Assembly: GCA_964016885.1 (NCBI GenBank)
Contig: OZ024742.1
Location: 206,956,001-207,020,000 of the forward strand
Direction: 5' to 3'
Source: Eledone cirrhosa
Lineage: Eukaryota
Length of the DNA stretch: 64,000 nt
Shown: positions 37,079 through 49,856 of the stretch, piece after piece
How positions within the stretch are numbered: position 1 is the first letter of the stretch
Layout of the letters: the number at the start of each line of letters is the position of its first letter
Notes under the pieces: generated by a model
The model's database searches: none
What the model was told of the DNA's origin: nothing
The model's input: the letters and a program-made list of their open reading frames with translations, nothing else
Position numbers and translations under genes: made by a program

Positions 37079-40000
37079 GAGTCAACGCGATCAGTCGCAT
37101 ATTTTGGCGTGGGAGACTATTTATTGAATTTAAGATGAATACTATCTCCGACAGTAATGCAGTAATGCCACAACTAGAGTCATGTTGAATAACTGGTTAT
37201 TCTTCTAACTATATCTTCTGAAGACACCTTTTATTCGAATTCGTAGAGATATCCGACTAAATACATAATTCATTTTACAAGGATTTGCTACAAACAGCAT
37301 GGCTGAACACAACATCAAGAACAAAATTAAGGAAGTACCGAAGACAAATGATAAGGAAGGTAAACAAACTTTATTCAGTTGTAGCTACAGAAGAAACCGA
37401 AATTATAAATCGCATTTCACTTGGAGTTGCAAACTTAATAATGATTTATTTAATTGTTATAAAATGGCCCAAAACAACCCCTCCATTGGCTATATGAACA
37501 GAATGAAGCTACACTGGGAAGAAATACACCCAGAGCTAAATTATTTCACAGCGAAACAATTACGCCAACAAACGACGTTTGTTGAACGTAAAAATAAGAT
37601 AAATATTATTAATTTTAAGTCCCCCACAATAAACATGGGATCAACAACACGTACTACAGGTCACCATGCTACTAGACTTCCTAGCAGCCAGGTCGAACAG
37701 CGCCTTGAAACAACTATGCCTGTAAGCAATTTGACACCACGTGTACCATCTAAGTCTACTTCGAATGCTGGGGAAAACACTATCGATAATAATAATAATC
37801 GAAGAAAATAATAATAATAATCGAAGAAATTTTACACCACGTGTAACATCCGAGTCTACCTCGACTGTTGTGGAAAACACTATCGATAATAATAATAATC
37901 AAATGTATAAACAATTGAAATTTTCCCTCAACGAAATCTTCCAGAGAAATTAATTCATGTATAAACATTTCTCTTGCTGAACGTATTAAAACGGCAATGT
38001 TTAATAAAAAACCAAATAATGAAATATTACGTGATATTGACAAAATAGGGGATGAATATTTACGACGGATAAAAACCCCAACATATTGGCAAATCAACGC
38101 CTGTTTATATGCCTTAGCAACGACAGTGGAGCTTATCTTGGTGATAGCAGAGATATTAACAAGAACAGAACACCACCAAAAATGCCATCATATATAACTA
38201 AAATAGAAAAAAAGATTGCTGACCTATGAAAAAACATAGGATATGTGACAATGCTCCTTACATGCAAACAAAGATAAAAAAAACCCTCACTCCTCACCAA
38301 CAAAGAGTGAAAAATAAAATAAAGACGATGTTTGGTAACAGTAGAACCAGAACTCTCCAATATAAGCTGATCACCCTCAAACAAGAATTGAGAGCTGTTA
38401 GCGAAAACGCCGATACCTGGAGAAGGTAGATGAGAGAAAAGTGCTTAATAAAAGATTAAGACGAAACCAGACATCAGTCTATAGAGATATGAAGGGCAAA
38501 ATAATAAGTGTCACTGAGGCCCCATCCCAGAAAGACATAGATTCCTTTTGGAGCGAAATATGGGGTGAAAAGAAGAATTTCAACCAAGATGCAGTGTGGC
38601 TAAGAGAAATCCGAAAGAACTATTGCTCCTACACTACAACAAAAACATACGAAATAAGTGAGGGTACCCTTGAGACTGTGATAGGAAAACTCCAAGATAA
38701 GAAAACACCAGGAAGAGACATGATTGTCGGCTACTGGTACAAAAAACTGATATTCTATCGGAGGTATCTTACTGACCTCTACCAACAAGTTCTTAAGGGA
38801 GATACACTTATACCAGAATGGTTGACATTAGCACAAACATTACTGGTCCCCAAGAACAAAGACACCCACTTGGCAAAAAACTACCGCCCCATTGCATGCC
38901 ATAATCTGATGTACAAGATCTATACAGCCTGCCTGAACCTATTCCTCCAAGATCACTGTGAAAATAATAACATCATCACAGATGAACAAGCAGCTGGAAA
39001 GAAAGGGGTTTTGGATGTGCTGAACAACTCCTAATCAACAAAACTGCGATGTCGGAGGTGCGACAACTTAGGAGGAATATGGCTACAGTCTGGCTGGACT
39101 ACAGGAAAGCTTTCGATTTTGTTCCCCACTCTTGGATGATAGAGGCCCTCCAACTTGCTAAAGACCCAGACATTATTGTCAGAGCCATAGAGAAGCTGTC
39201 TTCTTCTTGGGCTACTATCCTAAGGTTAAAGACAGAGAAGGAGGATTCTATTTTCACTGATAAAATAAAATATTGCAGGGGTATATTTCAAGAAGACAGT
39301 CTCTCTGTGATATTATTCATCTTGTCATTAAACCCTTTGTCCTTTCTGCTCAAAAAATGTGAGGGATACAACATTGGCTTACAGGAGGACAGAAATACGA
39401 ACCTAACCCATAATTTCTTTGTGGACGATCTGAAACTCTATGCCAAGAACATGGATGGGATGGAGAAAAATCTTGACCTGGTTACAACGTTCTCAAAGGA
39501 TATAGGAATGGAGTTTGGCCAAGATAAATGCTCATACATGACTGTAAAGCGGGGAAAAACAACAACCCAATCTAGCAACATTGTCATCAATGGCCTAACT
39601 ATTTCACTGATATATGATGAGGACTGCTACAAATACCCGGGGATAGATGAGAACATATCCTATAATGGTATCTGTAATAAAGAACGCGTAACCAGGGAAG
39701 ACTACACCCGATTAAGAAAGATCTGGTCATCGGAACTCTCTGCGCAAAACAAAACAGTGGCTCACAATGTGTTTGCTGTACCTGTCCTAACACCAACGTT
39801 TGGACTACTCAATTAGACGATAGACGAAATCCGAGCAGTTGATGTTAGAACTCGAAAAACACTAAAAAACGCCGGAAACTTCCACATCAACAGTGACATA
39901 GACCGCCTTTACTTGAAACGTAAGCAGGGAGGCAGAAGCCTAACATAAGTCTAGACAACATTTGAATGTCGCATCATATCTCTCCGACAACATCTACGAA

Positions 40001-41207
40001 CCTCGAAGCGTAGGAGCCCGTTTCTCGAGCAAGTCTATCTACATGAAACAGATAAGATCATGAGAGTTGGAAAGGAACTCCTCGAGAGATATTCCCTGTG
40101 TGATAATCAAAAACTCACACCCAGGGATGTCGCTCAGCAGTATCGCAGTGAATCCATGGATGAAAAACTACATACTTATCAGCAAAAAATCATGCATGGA
40201 TATGTTGCCAGGAAGCTCCAGAGTGAGAGTAATATAGATAAGGAAAGTAGTCCATCTTGGACCAACAACCGCTATATTGGCTCCCACTTTGAAGGATACG
40301 CTTTTGCAATCCAAGAACAGGAGATTAACACGAAATTCCTGATTCACAAAAGAGATAGGGATGCAGGCAAAACACCTAGATGTGATAACAAGTGCAGACT
40401 CTGCAAAACTAACATCGAGGATATCACCCTTGTGCAGCTGTCCAAAGATTTCATCGTGGTACTATCTACCTATGAAGCATGATGTAGTAGCCAAAACACT
40501 ACAATGCAGTTCGTAAAAAAGATAGCCCCGATAATAAACACATTAAACGCTACAGCAATGTGGAAGACATCCATGTACATAATATAAAAGAGTACTGGTG
40601 GAATGTTCCAGTAAAAACCCCAATAAAATGCAGGCATAACAGACCAGATATTATGATATGGGACAGGGAGAAGAAAGCATGCACAGTAGTGGAAATTAGC
40701 TGCCCAGAAGATGCCAATATAATATCAAAGATTAGTGAAAAGGAGAATATTTATGCAGAACTGATGAGAAATCTGCAGATACTCCACCCTGATTACACCT
40801 TCAGATTTATGCCTGTGATTATTGGGGCACTGGGGTATGTTAGTAACTGCCTCAATACAAATCTTGAGAAGCTAGGCTTCACAGGAATAGAAAGAACACA
40901 ACTAGTTAGGAAATTACAAGTACAATCCATTAATGGAACAGTAAAAATATGTAAAACATTCCAAAAATGTTGCATCTAATAACTGCATATACACATGTAC
41001 AGATGCAAAGCATATACACATGCACACACACAACTCAAAACATTCACATCCACACATACAATAACATCCATATCTACACATGCACGCATACATACATATC
41101 TACCTAGTTGATGTTGTGTAAATTCCAATGAGAGAGTTTTGTGTCTATGTTAGAAACCGACTCTCTCTCTATTGGTAAAAGTTTGTGAAATTATAAAACC
41201 AGAAGAA
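37079..41207 (+). mobile_element. Near full-length R4/Dong-like RLE non-LTR retrotransposon, pseudogenised
   Basis: RT: NYRPIAC, WLDYRKAFDFVPHSW, RGIFQEDSLS, FFVDDLKLY. Zinc knuckle CRLC. RLE: HNRPDIMIWD...VVEISCP...K...Y...PVIIGALG. Flanked by CATACATACAT at 37067-37077 and 41208-41218. Confidence 0.9.
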
Positions 41208-41324
41208 CATACATACATGTATATATATATAATCATTACTTTATTTAATTCTGTGAAACTATTTTGGTGGTCCAACAGACAAACAGAAAAACACTGAAAA
41301 TTATATTACTAGATGTGTGTGTAT

Positions 41325-41367
<43 letters not shown>

Positions 41368-42039
41368 CATACTCTCACATGTATATCATTGTCAGCTATA
41401 TTGGATTTTTCAATACACATACATATACTACATATATTTGTCAATTGTATATCTACATATGCATACTTTTCTCTTGAAATGGCAAATTCTACGAGAAACA
41501 TTACGTTAAATATTATGTAATTTGAAATGTTGAGTTATCTAATTAAATGACATTGTGTTTTCATGAAGGACCTCATCAAACATTCCGTTATTTTTTTAAA
41601 GATAATTATCGAATTCATGAGGATGGATACCTATCTACCTACTTACCTTCCTACCTTCTCACCTAACTACCTACCTACCTAATCTATCAATCCATTTTCA
41701 TGCTTGCATAGGTTGGAAATTTTGTCATGATATGGAACTACAGCGGTGGAAAAATCATAAATTGCTCATACTTTCCATATTTTTGCTGGGTTTCTTTGAC
41801 TGGATGTCCATCCTAACACTAACCACATTACAGAGTGTACTGAGCATAATCAAATGAGAAAATAAAAAATAATATTTCTGTTTAAAACTTTTTGGAAGAA
41901 ATTGAACCTAATTACAGCAAAACAGGTAACTGGAAACTAATCGATTATTTCCTTTTATATTTTATTTGCACAAATATAATTGGTACTACTGAAAACTAAA
42001 CCTGTAGTTACAGGCTTAATCCACTGGATGCCCTGTGGT

Positions 42040-42325
42040 CATGATGGTGACACGACAAAAAGCACCCAGCCCACACTGTAAAGTTGTCGTGTAGGTGTCA
42101 TGACAAAAAGTACTCGGTTCACACTGTAAAGTGGTTGTGTAGGTGTCACAACAAAAAGCACCCAGCACTCACTGTAAATGAGGTTGGCGCTAGGCAGGGC
42201 ATCCAGCTGTAGAAACTAGGCCAAAACCAGTTCTCTATGAGCAAAACATGGTCACCTGACCTGGCATTGCTCACAACAGAATAACTTGTCTAACCCATGC
42301 CAATGTGGAAAAATGGATGATAAAA
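42040..42325 (+). mobile_element. RTE/SINE 3' tail with three copies of an about 50-bp subrepeat
   Basis: aaaagcacccagc.cacactgtaaag repeated, then ggcatccagctgtagaaac...aacccatgcc. Confidence 0.75.
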
Positions 42326-42474
42326 CAGGAATGCAGAGATCAAAGAAAACAGAAAAATAAATGGATAGTCCCATCTCATCAACCTCTGGAAATCACTTAA
42401 GTTTCAATGCATCATATATATCATCATCACCGTTTAATATCCATATTTCTATGCTCGCATCATCCCCTATACCA

Positions 42475-42660
42475 ATAATTGTTTCTACTTTAGGCACAAG
42501 GCCAGCAATTACCCAGTGCATTACTGGTACTTTATTTTATCGACCCCGTAAGGATGAAAGGCAAAGTCAACCTCGGCGGGATTTGAACTCAGATCGTAAA
42601 GGGACGTAACTATGCTTGAAAGTATGGCGTCCGACCCTCTACCGATACTGCCAATCCATC
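42475..42660 (-). mobile_element. tRNA-derived SINE (Meta-like core) with target-site duplication
   Basis: A-box TGGCAGTATCGG, B-box GAGTTCAAATCC; catcccctataccaataattg at 42461-42481 and 42657-42677. Confidence 0.9.
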
Positions 42661-43179
42661 CCCTATACCAATAATTGGTCTCGGTCAGTGGTAGTTTTGC
42701 CAAGAGGTTTGGGACATAGTTTAAAAGGATGTGTGTGGTTTAATTCTTCCTTGAGCATTCCAGATTGGATGTAGGGGTATATTTTACATTTGCTTGAGAT
42801 TATGGTTGGCTTTGGTTTAATCCGGATGATTTTCTATTCAAGTTAATGTAACTGATGGACTTCGTGTGTATAAGTGCATAGTGTTCCCAATAAAAATTTA
42901 ACTTCAAACCATCTCAATACTTGTGTAGCACTTGTATTGTAAAGGAAGCATATTACATATCACATATTACTATCCACTTTATATATATATACCTTTATAC
43001 ACAGTCTCTCTCTCACTGCATTTCTTGCTCAACATTTTATATTGTATCTACACATTATGTATACCATACACATATTTTTCTTATTGTTTAATCCCAGCTT
43101 GGGCTTGAACAAGCAAACCTATCATTAAAAGTTTTCAATCATGATTACCTCACTTATTTTTCCTGGACTGTATTACAAT

Positions 43180-44332
43180 CCAAGAGGCGATTAAGGAAAT
43201 GAAAAATGGTATGGCTGATGGATTGTCGGGGATAGTTGCTGTGGTGCTGGAGGCATCAGGGGACGTAGGCACTAAACTAGTTGAACGCATCATCAATCAG
43301 GCTATATATGGCGGTATCATACCCAAAGACTGGTGCAGCAGTATTCTCATAAATTGCTACAAAGGTAAAGGGGATACTCTGGAAAGGAGCAATTATAGGG
43401 GTATAAAACTGATGGATCAGGTTATGAAAGTGGCAGAAAGGATATTAGCACAACTAATTAGAGAAAGGGTCAAACTTGATGAGATGCAGTTTGGTTTTGT
43501 GCCTTGGAAAAGTACAACAGATGCCCTCTTCTTAGTGAGACAACTACAAGAGAGGTTCTTAGAGAAGAATAAGCTACTATACTTAGCTTTTGTTTACCTA
43601 GAGAAAGCCTTTGATAAGGTACCCTGATCTGTCATCTGGTGGTCCCTAAGGAAACTAGGTATAGAGGAAACTAGGTATAGATATGTACAGGGGTGCTGTC
43701 AGTAAAGTGAGAATAGGAATGGAGTTTAGTGAGGAATTCCAGATACAAGTAGGTGTACATCAGGGTTCTTATAGCAGAATCAGTAGAGGAGCTAGAGAAT
43801 ACATTCTGGCTATGGAAACAGCAGTTGGAATCAAGAGGACTGAGAGTGAACATAGCTAAGACAAAAGTGTTGATAAGTAGAAGATAGAACAATACTCTGA
43901 TTCCATCGGGGAAGTGGCCAAGTTCGATATGTAGGAATGGAACTGGCATACATTTCATAAAATGTACACAATGCAGATCTTGGGTACACAAGAGCTGTAG
44001 CGGGATAGCAGACAAACTAACGTATGCAGTAGATGTACAGGGAAAGTTGGCAGTAGTAATCGCAGTGATGGACACATTTTTCCAATGAAGGTGAGTTCTA
44101 TAGAAGAGGTTGCTAGCTTCCAGTACCTAGTTGGTCAGATTAGCATAGATGGGGGGGGGGGGGGTTCCGAGGCCATAGTATCTAGAATAAGGATGGGTTG
44201 GAGCTACTTCCTCTTCGCACAAAAGGACGGTTATATAATGGCCGTGTGAGATGCGCAATGCTGCATGGTAGTGAGACACGGGCAGCAACTGCAAGGATAT
44301 GTGAGGGCTGGAGAGAAATGAAGCAAGAATGC
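43180..44332 (+). mobile_element. RTE LINE RT fragment with internal deletions
   Basis: ORF 43199..43627 closely parallels 5680-6120; GRLYNGRVRCAMLHGSET. Confidence 0.9.
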
Positions 44333-44334
44333 TC

Positions 44335-45090
44335 CGTTGTAAATCGGTGGCTGGTCGAGGGACAGAATTGTATCGGATTCCAGTTGCTAAGCACTTTACT
44401 GTGACGGCCGTCACAAACAGTCATAGCCGGCATGGAATGGGATTGAACACTGTCGATCGATTGGTTATTGATTAGGCGATACCCGCTGATGAAGCCACAT
44501 GCCGATTGTACATTGTTGCATAATATATGCAGACAGATGGTGCAGTGCACCCTACTGCTTCTGTGTCTTTTATATCTCCATAGGTAATTTATTTTGGAAT
44601 CAATGTTTATCATTGATTGACCAGCGGTTAAATATATATATATATTTAAAAGAATAGAGGTGTAACACACAAGTTATGATATATTGGTAAACGGAAAAGA
44701 AAATGCTGACAAATTGTTCACAGTGAAAATTAGTTTAATTAGGAATAAGTGAGAATTAGTAATAGTATTGGTTAGTATTCAGTTTTGGTTTTAAGTTTTA
44801 CCGGTTGCGCAATTCTAATGCTTTTTAAAAATAATTTTGAGATAGAGCGTCCGTGATGTTTGCTCTGATCTGATTAGTTTTGGGAATTCTACCTGTTTTT
44901 ATGTTAAAAAAGTGGCTCCAGCGGTATTAAAATAAGTTTTGCGCCAATTCGTGTTGCAAAAATTCTTGTGGTCAAAACAATTTTGATTGGTCGGTAGAGG
45001 TCATGTGAATGTAAAAAATTGATTTTGCGCCAAATGTAGGTTTGTGTCGGCAGATTGAGAAGTCACTGAGAAATAAGTCTTTCACAACAA
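44335..45090 (+). repeat. Unclassified interspersed repeat (shares about 170 bp with 47480-47650)
   Basis: ggccgtcaca...tcgatcgattggttattgattaggcga...gctgatgaagccaca...cagtgcac present in both. Confidence 0.65.
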
Positions 45091-45112
45091 ATATGTGTGT
45101 GTGTGTGTAGTA

Positions 45113-45210
45113 GTAGTAGTAGTAGTAAAGAGGTTCGTTGTTGTGATAATGGTCAGCACATCCCTGCTGACCATTATCACAACAACGAACCTCTTTACTA
45201 CTACTACTAC
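45113..45210. repeat. Perfect hairpin, 46-bp arms with 6-nt loop, in (GTA)n/(GT)n
   Basis: gtagtaaagaggttcg...ggtcagca-catccc-tgctgacc...cgaacctctttactac. Confidence 0.97.
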
Positions 45211-45289
45211 ACACACACGCGCGCGTGTGCGTGTGTGTGTGTGTGTTTGTGGGTGTGTATGTATTTGTGTGTGCGTATGTATGTGTATG

Positions 45290-45690
45290 TCCGTCGGGGC
45301 ATACGTATGTACTGGCCTAAATCTTCACTATTTACTTTTACTATTTTAATAACCTCTGTCATTTTCGTTTTCAATTTTATTTACATCATTCTTAAACTCC
45401 GGGGCTGGAAATCATTCTGTTATTTTAAATATAATATTAGTCTAACGACTCCATTTATACCATAAACTTGGTTTTGTCTTTGCATGAAATTTTTCTTTAC
45501 GCTCCACATAACGACGTATTATCCTCGCTTTTTTCCGTTCATTGCCAGGGAACGTCTTCACGAACCAAAATATCGTCTTCCTGTTTTCCTTCGGTTGCAG
45601 CATTTCTCGAAATATTTACTTCTGTGTTCACAGATTACTCTCAGTTCAATTTGAATGGGAAATTCCTGTTTCATCGATTTTCTCCGTAAA
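45290..45690 (-). mobile_element. Penelope-family 5' fragment (third copy)
   Basis: Matches 29160-29430 and the reverse complement of 25430-25725. Confidence 0.75.
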
Positions 45691-45854
45691 CATGGAAGCC
45701 TGTAGCTTGAAAGTCGGCCCAACACCTCCTCGGGTTATTCTACATAACTGTATAAATTTTCGCTGCATTCCACCAAGCCGTGTCGACGTTTATCCGACTA
45801 CACCTACATATACAACGTCCGACCACTTCCAATTTATATAGTAGATATATATAT

Positions 45855-46129
45855 AAGAAAGTAAGTCCATAGAATTATTTGATAAAATATATACAATATT
45901 TCTCCTCCCAATCAGCATAATCAACCACATAAAAAAATCAATTTAACGAGGCTATAAGTTTAAAATGTACCTATGAAGAAACAATAGATAAATAAATGAT
46001 AGCTATTTTATCCGCGATCCACAGCCACAGAAGATTTACCTAGTATTGACTACGCATATAGCTAACCATACACAATTAGGTACAAAATCAAAGTTAGAAG
46101 AAAAAAATTTACATAAACAATATATATAA

Positions 46130-46194
<65 letters not shown>

Positions 46195-46345
46195 CATATA
46201 TATAGTAATAATAATAATAATAAATTTGAAGACTAAAATCCAAAGAGGGCTCGATAAGGATAAATATATATCAGATATATAAGAACCGTAGACCAAATAT
46301 TTATTAAAATAACAGATTAAAATAATCTGTTATTTTAATAAATAT
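45855..46345 (+). mobile_element. Solo pLTR-like segment of the 28-29 kb Penelope family with terminal fold-back
   Basis: 45855-46025 matches the reverse complement of 28200-28375. 46203-46320 matches the reverse complement of 29495-29610. Hairpin at 46297-46345. Confidence 0.7.
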
Positions 46346-46375
46346 ATATATATATATATTTATATTTATACACAT

Positions 46376-46632
46376 AAATTGGTATGGACATGTAATGCGC
46401 ATAGAGGATGACCACTGGGTAAAGAAGTGCCAACAAATCCCAGAAGAAGGAATGCGCAGTAGAGGAAGACCACGAAAAATATGGGCGGATGTGATGAGAG
46501 CAGACTTCAGATCGCTGGAGCTCACGGAGGAGATGACAAATGACCGTGACGAATGGAGAGATGCCGTGCTTAATAAGACCCGTTCCACCCTTGCAAGCAG
46601 GGAAAAGCGGACGTAAAATGATGATGGTGATA
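46376..46632 (+). mobile_element. RTE 3' end
   Basis: WYGHVMRIEDDHWVKKC...GRPRKIW; same tail as 6570-6816. Confidence 0.9.
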
Positions 46633-46654
46633 TTTATATATATTTATATATACT

Positions 46655-47075
46655 ATCTAGCTTTTTCTCCAGTTTTGACGTTAGCGTCCAAGTGACAGAG
46701 CCATAAACAAGCACAAATTCCACAGTAGCTCTGAAGAAATTCCTTTTCAGATTGGCCGGCAGGTTTGATTTCCATATTTTTTCCATTGCATTCAATGCTC
46801 CCCAGGCTTTTCCCAGTCTGATGTTAACATCATGTTCTATGGAGGCGATGTAGCTACCCAAGTATTTGAAGTCGTATGCTCCGTGCTGCTTAAAACGTAT
46901 CTTGGAGGGAACACCCAACAAGTAAGGATCTCTATGGCAATATACCGCCTATCAGCAGGTCAATACGTAAACAGAGACTCAGATCAGCTGGCCACTGTTG
47001 GTGCAGCAAGGAAGAAATAGCAGGCGATGTATTGTTATGGAGTCCATCTCATGGTGCAAGAAACGCTGGTCGGAG
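46655..47075. mobile_element. RTE-like LINE fragment with 5' inversion
   Basis: Minus 46873->46655 reads DFKYLGS...TWTLTSKLEKKLD; plus 46873->47075 reads RMLRAA*NVSWREHPT...RLRSAGHC...LLWSPSHG. Confidence 0.8.
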
Positions 47076-47830
47076 ATATAAAAGACACTTACCGCGAGTC
47101 GGCTGGTTCACTCCAAGCCGGGCATCAATCTTCGTCGTTATCATTAAGTCGCCAAGCTGCAGCTTAATCCGGTACGTCCGTCTTGCTCCAAAGTCGCCCC
47201 GAAATGGGAAGACTTCCGGATGCCGCCCCGGAAACGTATCTACTTTCATTCCTCCTCCGCTAGCGTTCTATTGTATGCTAACATTCTATTGTACAGCGAT
47301 TGGGGACTGAATTTTTCAAATAACCAATTTTTCTCTAACTTGTTAATTTGTGTTTGAGATACGTTGGCTGAGTGCTTATGGCGGGAGCGGAACTATTTGA
47401 ATTTTCGTCTCCTGCCGTCACGTACATTTATAAATCAGGAGACAGCATTGCGACGCGGAGATATTCCAGTTGCCTATACTTTACTGTGTTGGCCGTCACA
47501 TACAGACATAGCCGACACGGACTGGAGTCGAATTCGTTCGATCGATTGGTTATTGATTAGGCGAAATCCGCTGATGAAGCCACACGCACCGATTATGTAT
47601 TGTTGCATAATATATGCGGACAGAGGATTCAGTGCACTCTACTGCTGCATTATGTGTGACCGAAACACGAGTTCGGGAATAATTGTAGGTACGCTTTTAC
47701 GTGTGTTGTATTGAAGCGAATAACTATGTGTATACTCTGGGAGTTTGTTTAACATTACCTATTGAGTACGCTGAGATGTAACCGGTCCTAGCAGTGATAC
47801 CAATGCTAGTTCCGTCAACTTATTTTATAT
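47076..47830 (+). repeat. Unclassified GC-richer repeat, possibly a non-autonomous Helitron
   Basis: Starts ATATAAAAG, has CTAGT near 47806-47810, shares a core with 44400-44560. Confidence 0.4.
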
Positions 47831-47844
47831 ATATATATATATAT

Positions 47845-48030
47845 ATCATCATTTTTCATCCACTTTTCAATGACTTCATGTGTTGGATGGGTATTTTCCA
47901 GCAGAGCATTTGACCACTTTTTGCATTCTTTTGTCATCTCTTCTGTGAGCTTCGGCAAATTGAGATCAGCTCTCACTACCTCAATTCAGCTTTTCCTTCG
48001 TCTTCCTCTACTGCAGTTTCCTTCCATTTA
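47845..48030 (-). mobile_element. RTE 3' end remnant
   Basis: Minus strand GRRRKS..EVVRADL; (CAT)n tail. Confidence 0.6.
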
Positions 48031-49001
48031 TTGTTTATGTATAGGAAGCCAAAACATAACATACAAAAAATGTGAATATTTCAAATATTATTCGTTGAAA
48101 AGGTTTAAGCTAGCCAGGAGTAAGATTCTTATACAAGACACTCCATTGAATGCCATTCTTTGATTGTTAGCAGATGACCCTCACATAACCACCAGCCCCT
48201 GCTGGAACTGACATATGCTTCAGTAGAAACAAATATTTATTTTTTTATATTGTCAAGCAATGTATAAATCAACAGTAGATTTACTTCACAGTAATAATAG
48301 GAATGATGATGATGTTTGTGGCGGTAGTGATGTTGATTATTGCATTGCCAGTGATCATAATAATGATAAAGTTGGAAATGAAAATGTTTATCAAGATAGT
48401 AATGTTGATGGGATGATGATTATGATATGGTGGGGATAATGATTATGATATGAAGATGCTGATAAATAATAATGTCAGAAATACAACAACAAAAACGACA
48501 TTGATGATGTTCATTATATTAAAACCTGTTTGCTATTTGATTACCTATCTTATGTGGTTTGCCTCAAGGCAATGGTACTATTCTAACCTTAAGTTAAATA
48601 AAAAAGAGACATTTCTTTTGATATAACTGATTACACAATGTCCTAAATCACAACCCACTCCTCTCAACGCATCTTCCCAGCTTATCTCTAACTGCAAAAA
48701 GCCTAAGGAAGTATAGAATAAAAGTATATAGCTAAATAAAGCAGGATTCCAATCATGCCATTTATATTCACAGTGAACAAAAGAAATCTCACAATACTTA
48801 ATTATCATTAGTATTTAACCATGATGACTTTAGACATTCAAAGTTCAAATTCTGTTAAGGTCAATTTTGCCATTCATTTTTTTCATATTCGTGGAAGAGA
48901 TAATAAATAGTAGCATGATATATTTTCCCAACTGTTTTCTAAAACGAAATGCCGTCATACACATCTAAATTCAGGACAAATGTGATAAATTATGCAACAT
49001 A

Positions 49002-49856
49002 CGAGGTGTGTCAGAAAAGTTCCAGGACTGATATCACAAAATATTTATTTCAAACCCAAACTTCACACTAAGAGTTTTCTCCTTCAAAGTAATCCCCCTG
49101 GAGTATGTAACTGTAATCTTAGCTCTCTGCAGCGATCAAACATTTTTCTTCATAATTTTATATACATGTCCTCTGTTTCAGGTCGTCAAGCAATGAGCAC
49201 GGAGCAACGAACGGTTGGGGAAAACTCCGTCAGAAGCACTGGGATTGCTGCAGCAAGTGTATGGAGATGAGACGATGTCACGCTCACGTGTTTTTGAGTG
49301 ATGCAAGATGATCGCAGGACTGGAAGACCCTCAACAACCAGGACTGAGGTCAACGTTGAGCGCGTCAGGCAGATGTTGCGTAGCGATCGTCGGCTGACTG
49401 TTCGGCTGATGGCAAATGAATCGGGACAGCGTCTAGAAGATTCTCACTGAAGATTTGGACATGCAGAAAGTCTGCGCGAAGATGGTGCCAAAACTGCTGA
49501 ACTATGACCAGAAGGGTCGACGCATGCAAGTGTGCCAGGACATCCTCGAGCGTCTTGAAACCGAACCAGACTTGCTAGTGACAGTCATCACCGGTGATGA
49601 GTCATGGATCTTCGAGTACGACTCGGAGGGGACCCGTTTTGAAGACGTGGACGACATCAAAAAGGCCTTGACGGCGGAACTGCGGAGCATCACGGAAGAA
49701 TCCTTTCAGGAGTGCATGCAAGCGTGGCAGAAAAGGATGGAAAAGTGCATTAGATTCCAGGGGGATTACTTTGAAGGAGAAAAATCTTAGTGTGAAGTTT
49801 GGGTTTGAAATAAATCTTTTGTGACATCAGCCCTGGAACTTTTCTGACCCACCTCG
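49002..49856 (+). mobile_element. Internally deleted mariner element with TA target-site duplication and about 100-bp inverted ends
   Basis: TA|CGAGGTGTGTCAGAAAAGTTCCAGG ... CCTGGAACTTTTCTGACCCACCTCG|TA; KVCAKMVPKLL, ITGDESWIFEYD, CIRFQGDYFE. Confidence 0.93.

Noticed and set aside
37079-37300. 5' ribozyme expected for an R4-like element
   Set aside because: Could not fit an HDV-like or hammerhead fold.
42040-42190. CRISPR-like repeat-spacer appearance
   Set aside because: Tandem subrepeat of the RTE/SINE 3' tail with similar 'spacers'; eukaryotic context and no cas genes.
47565-47600. CTGATGA hammerhead start (also about 44486, 50803, 63725)
   Set aside because: No stem II plus GAAA downstream.
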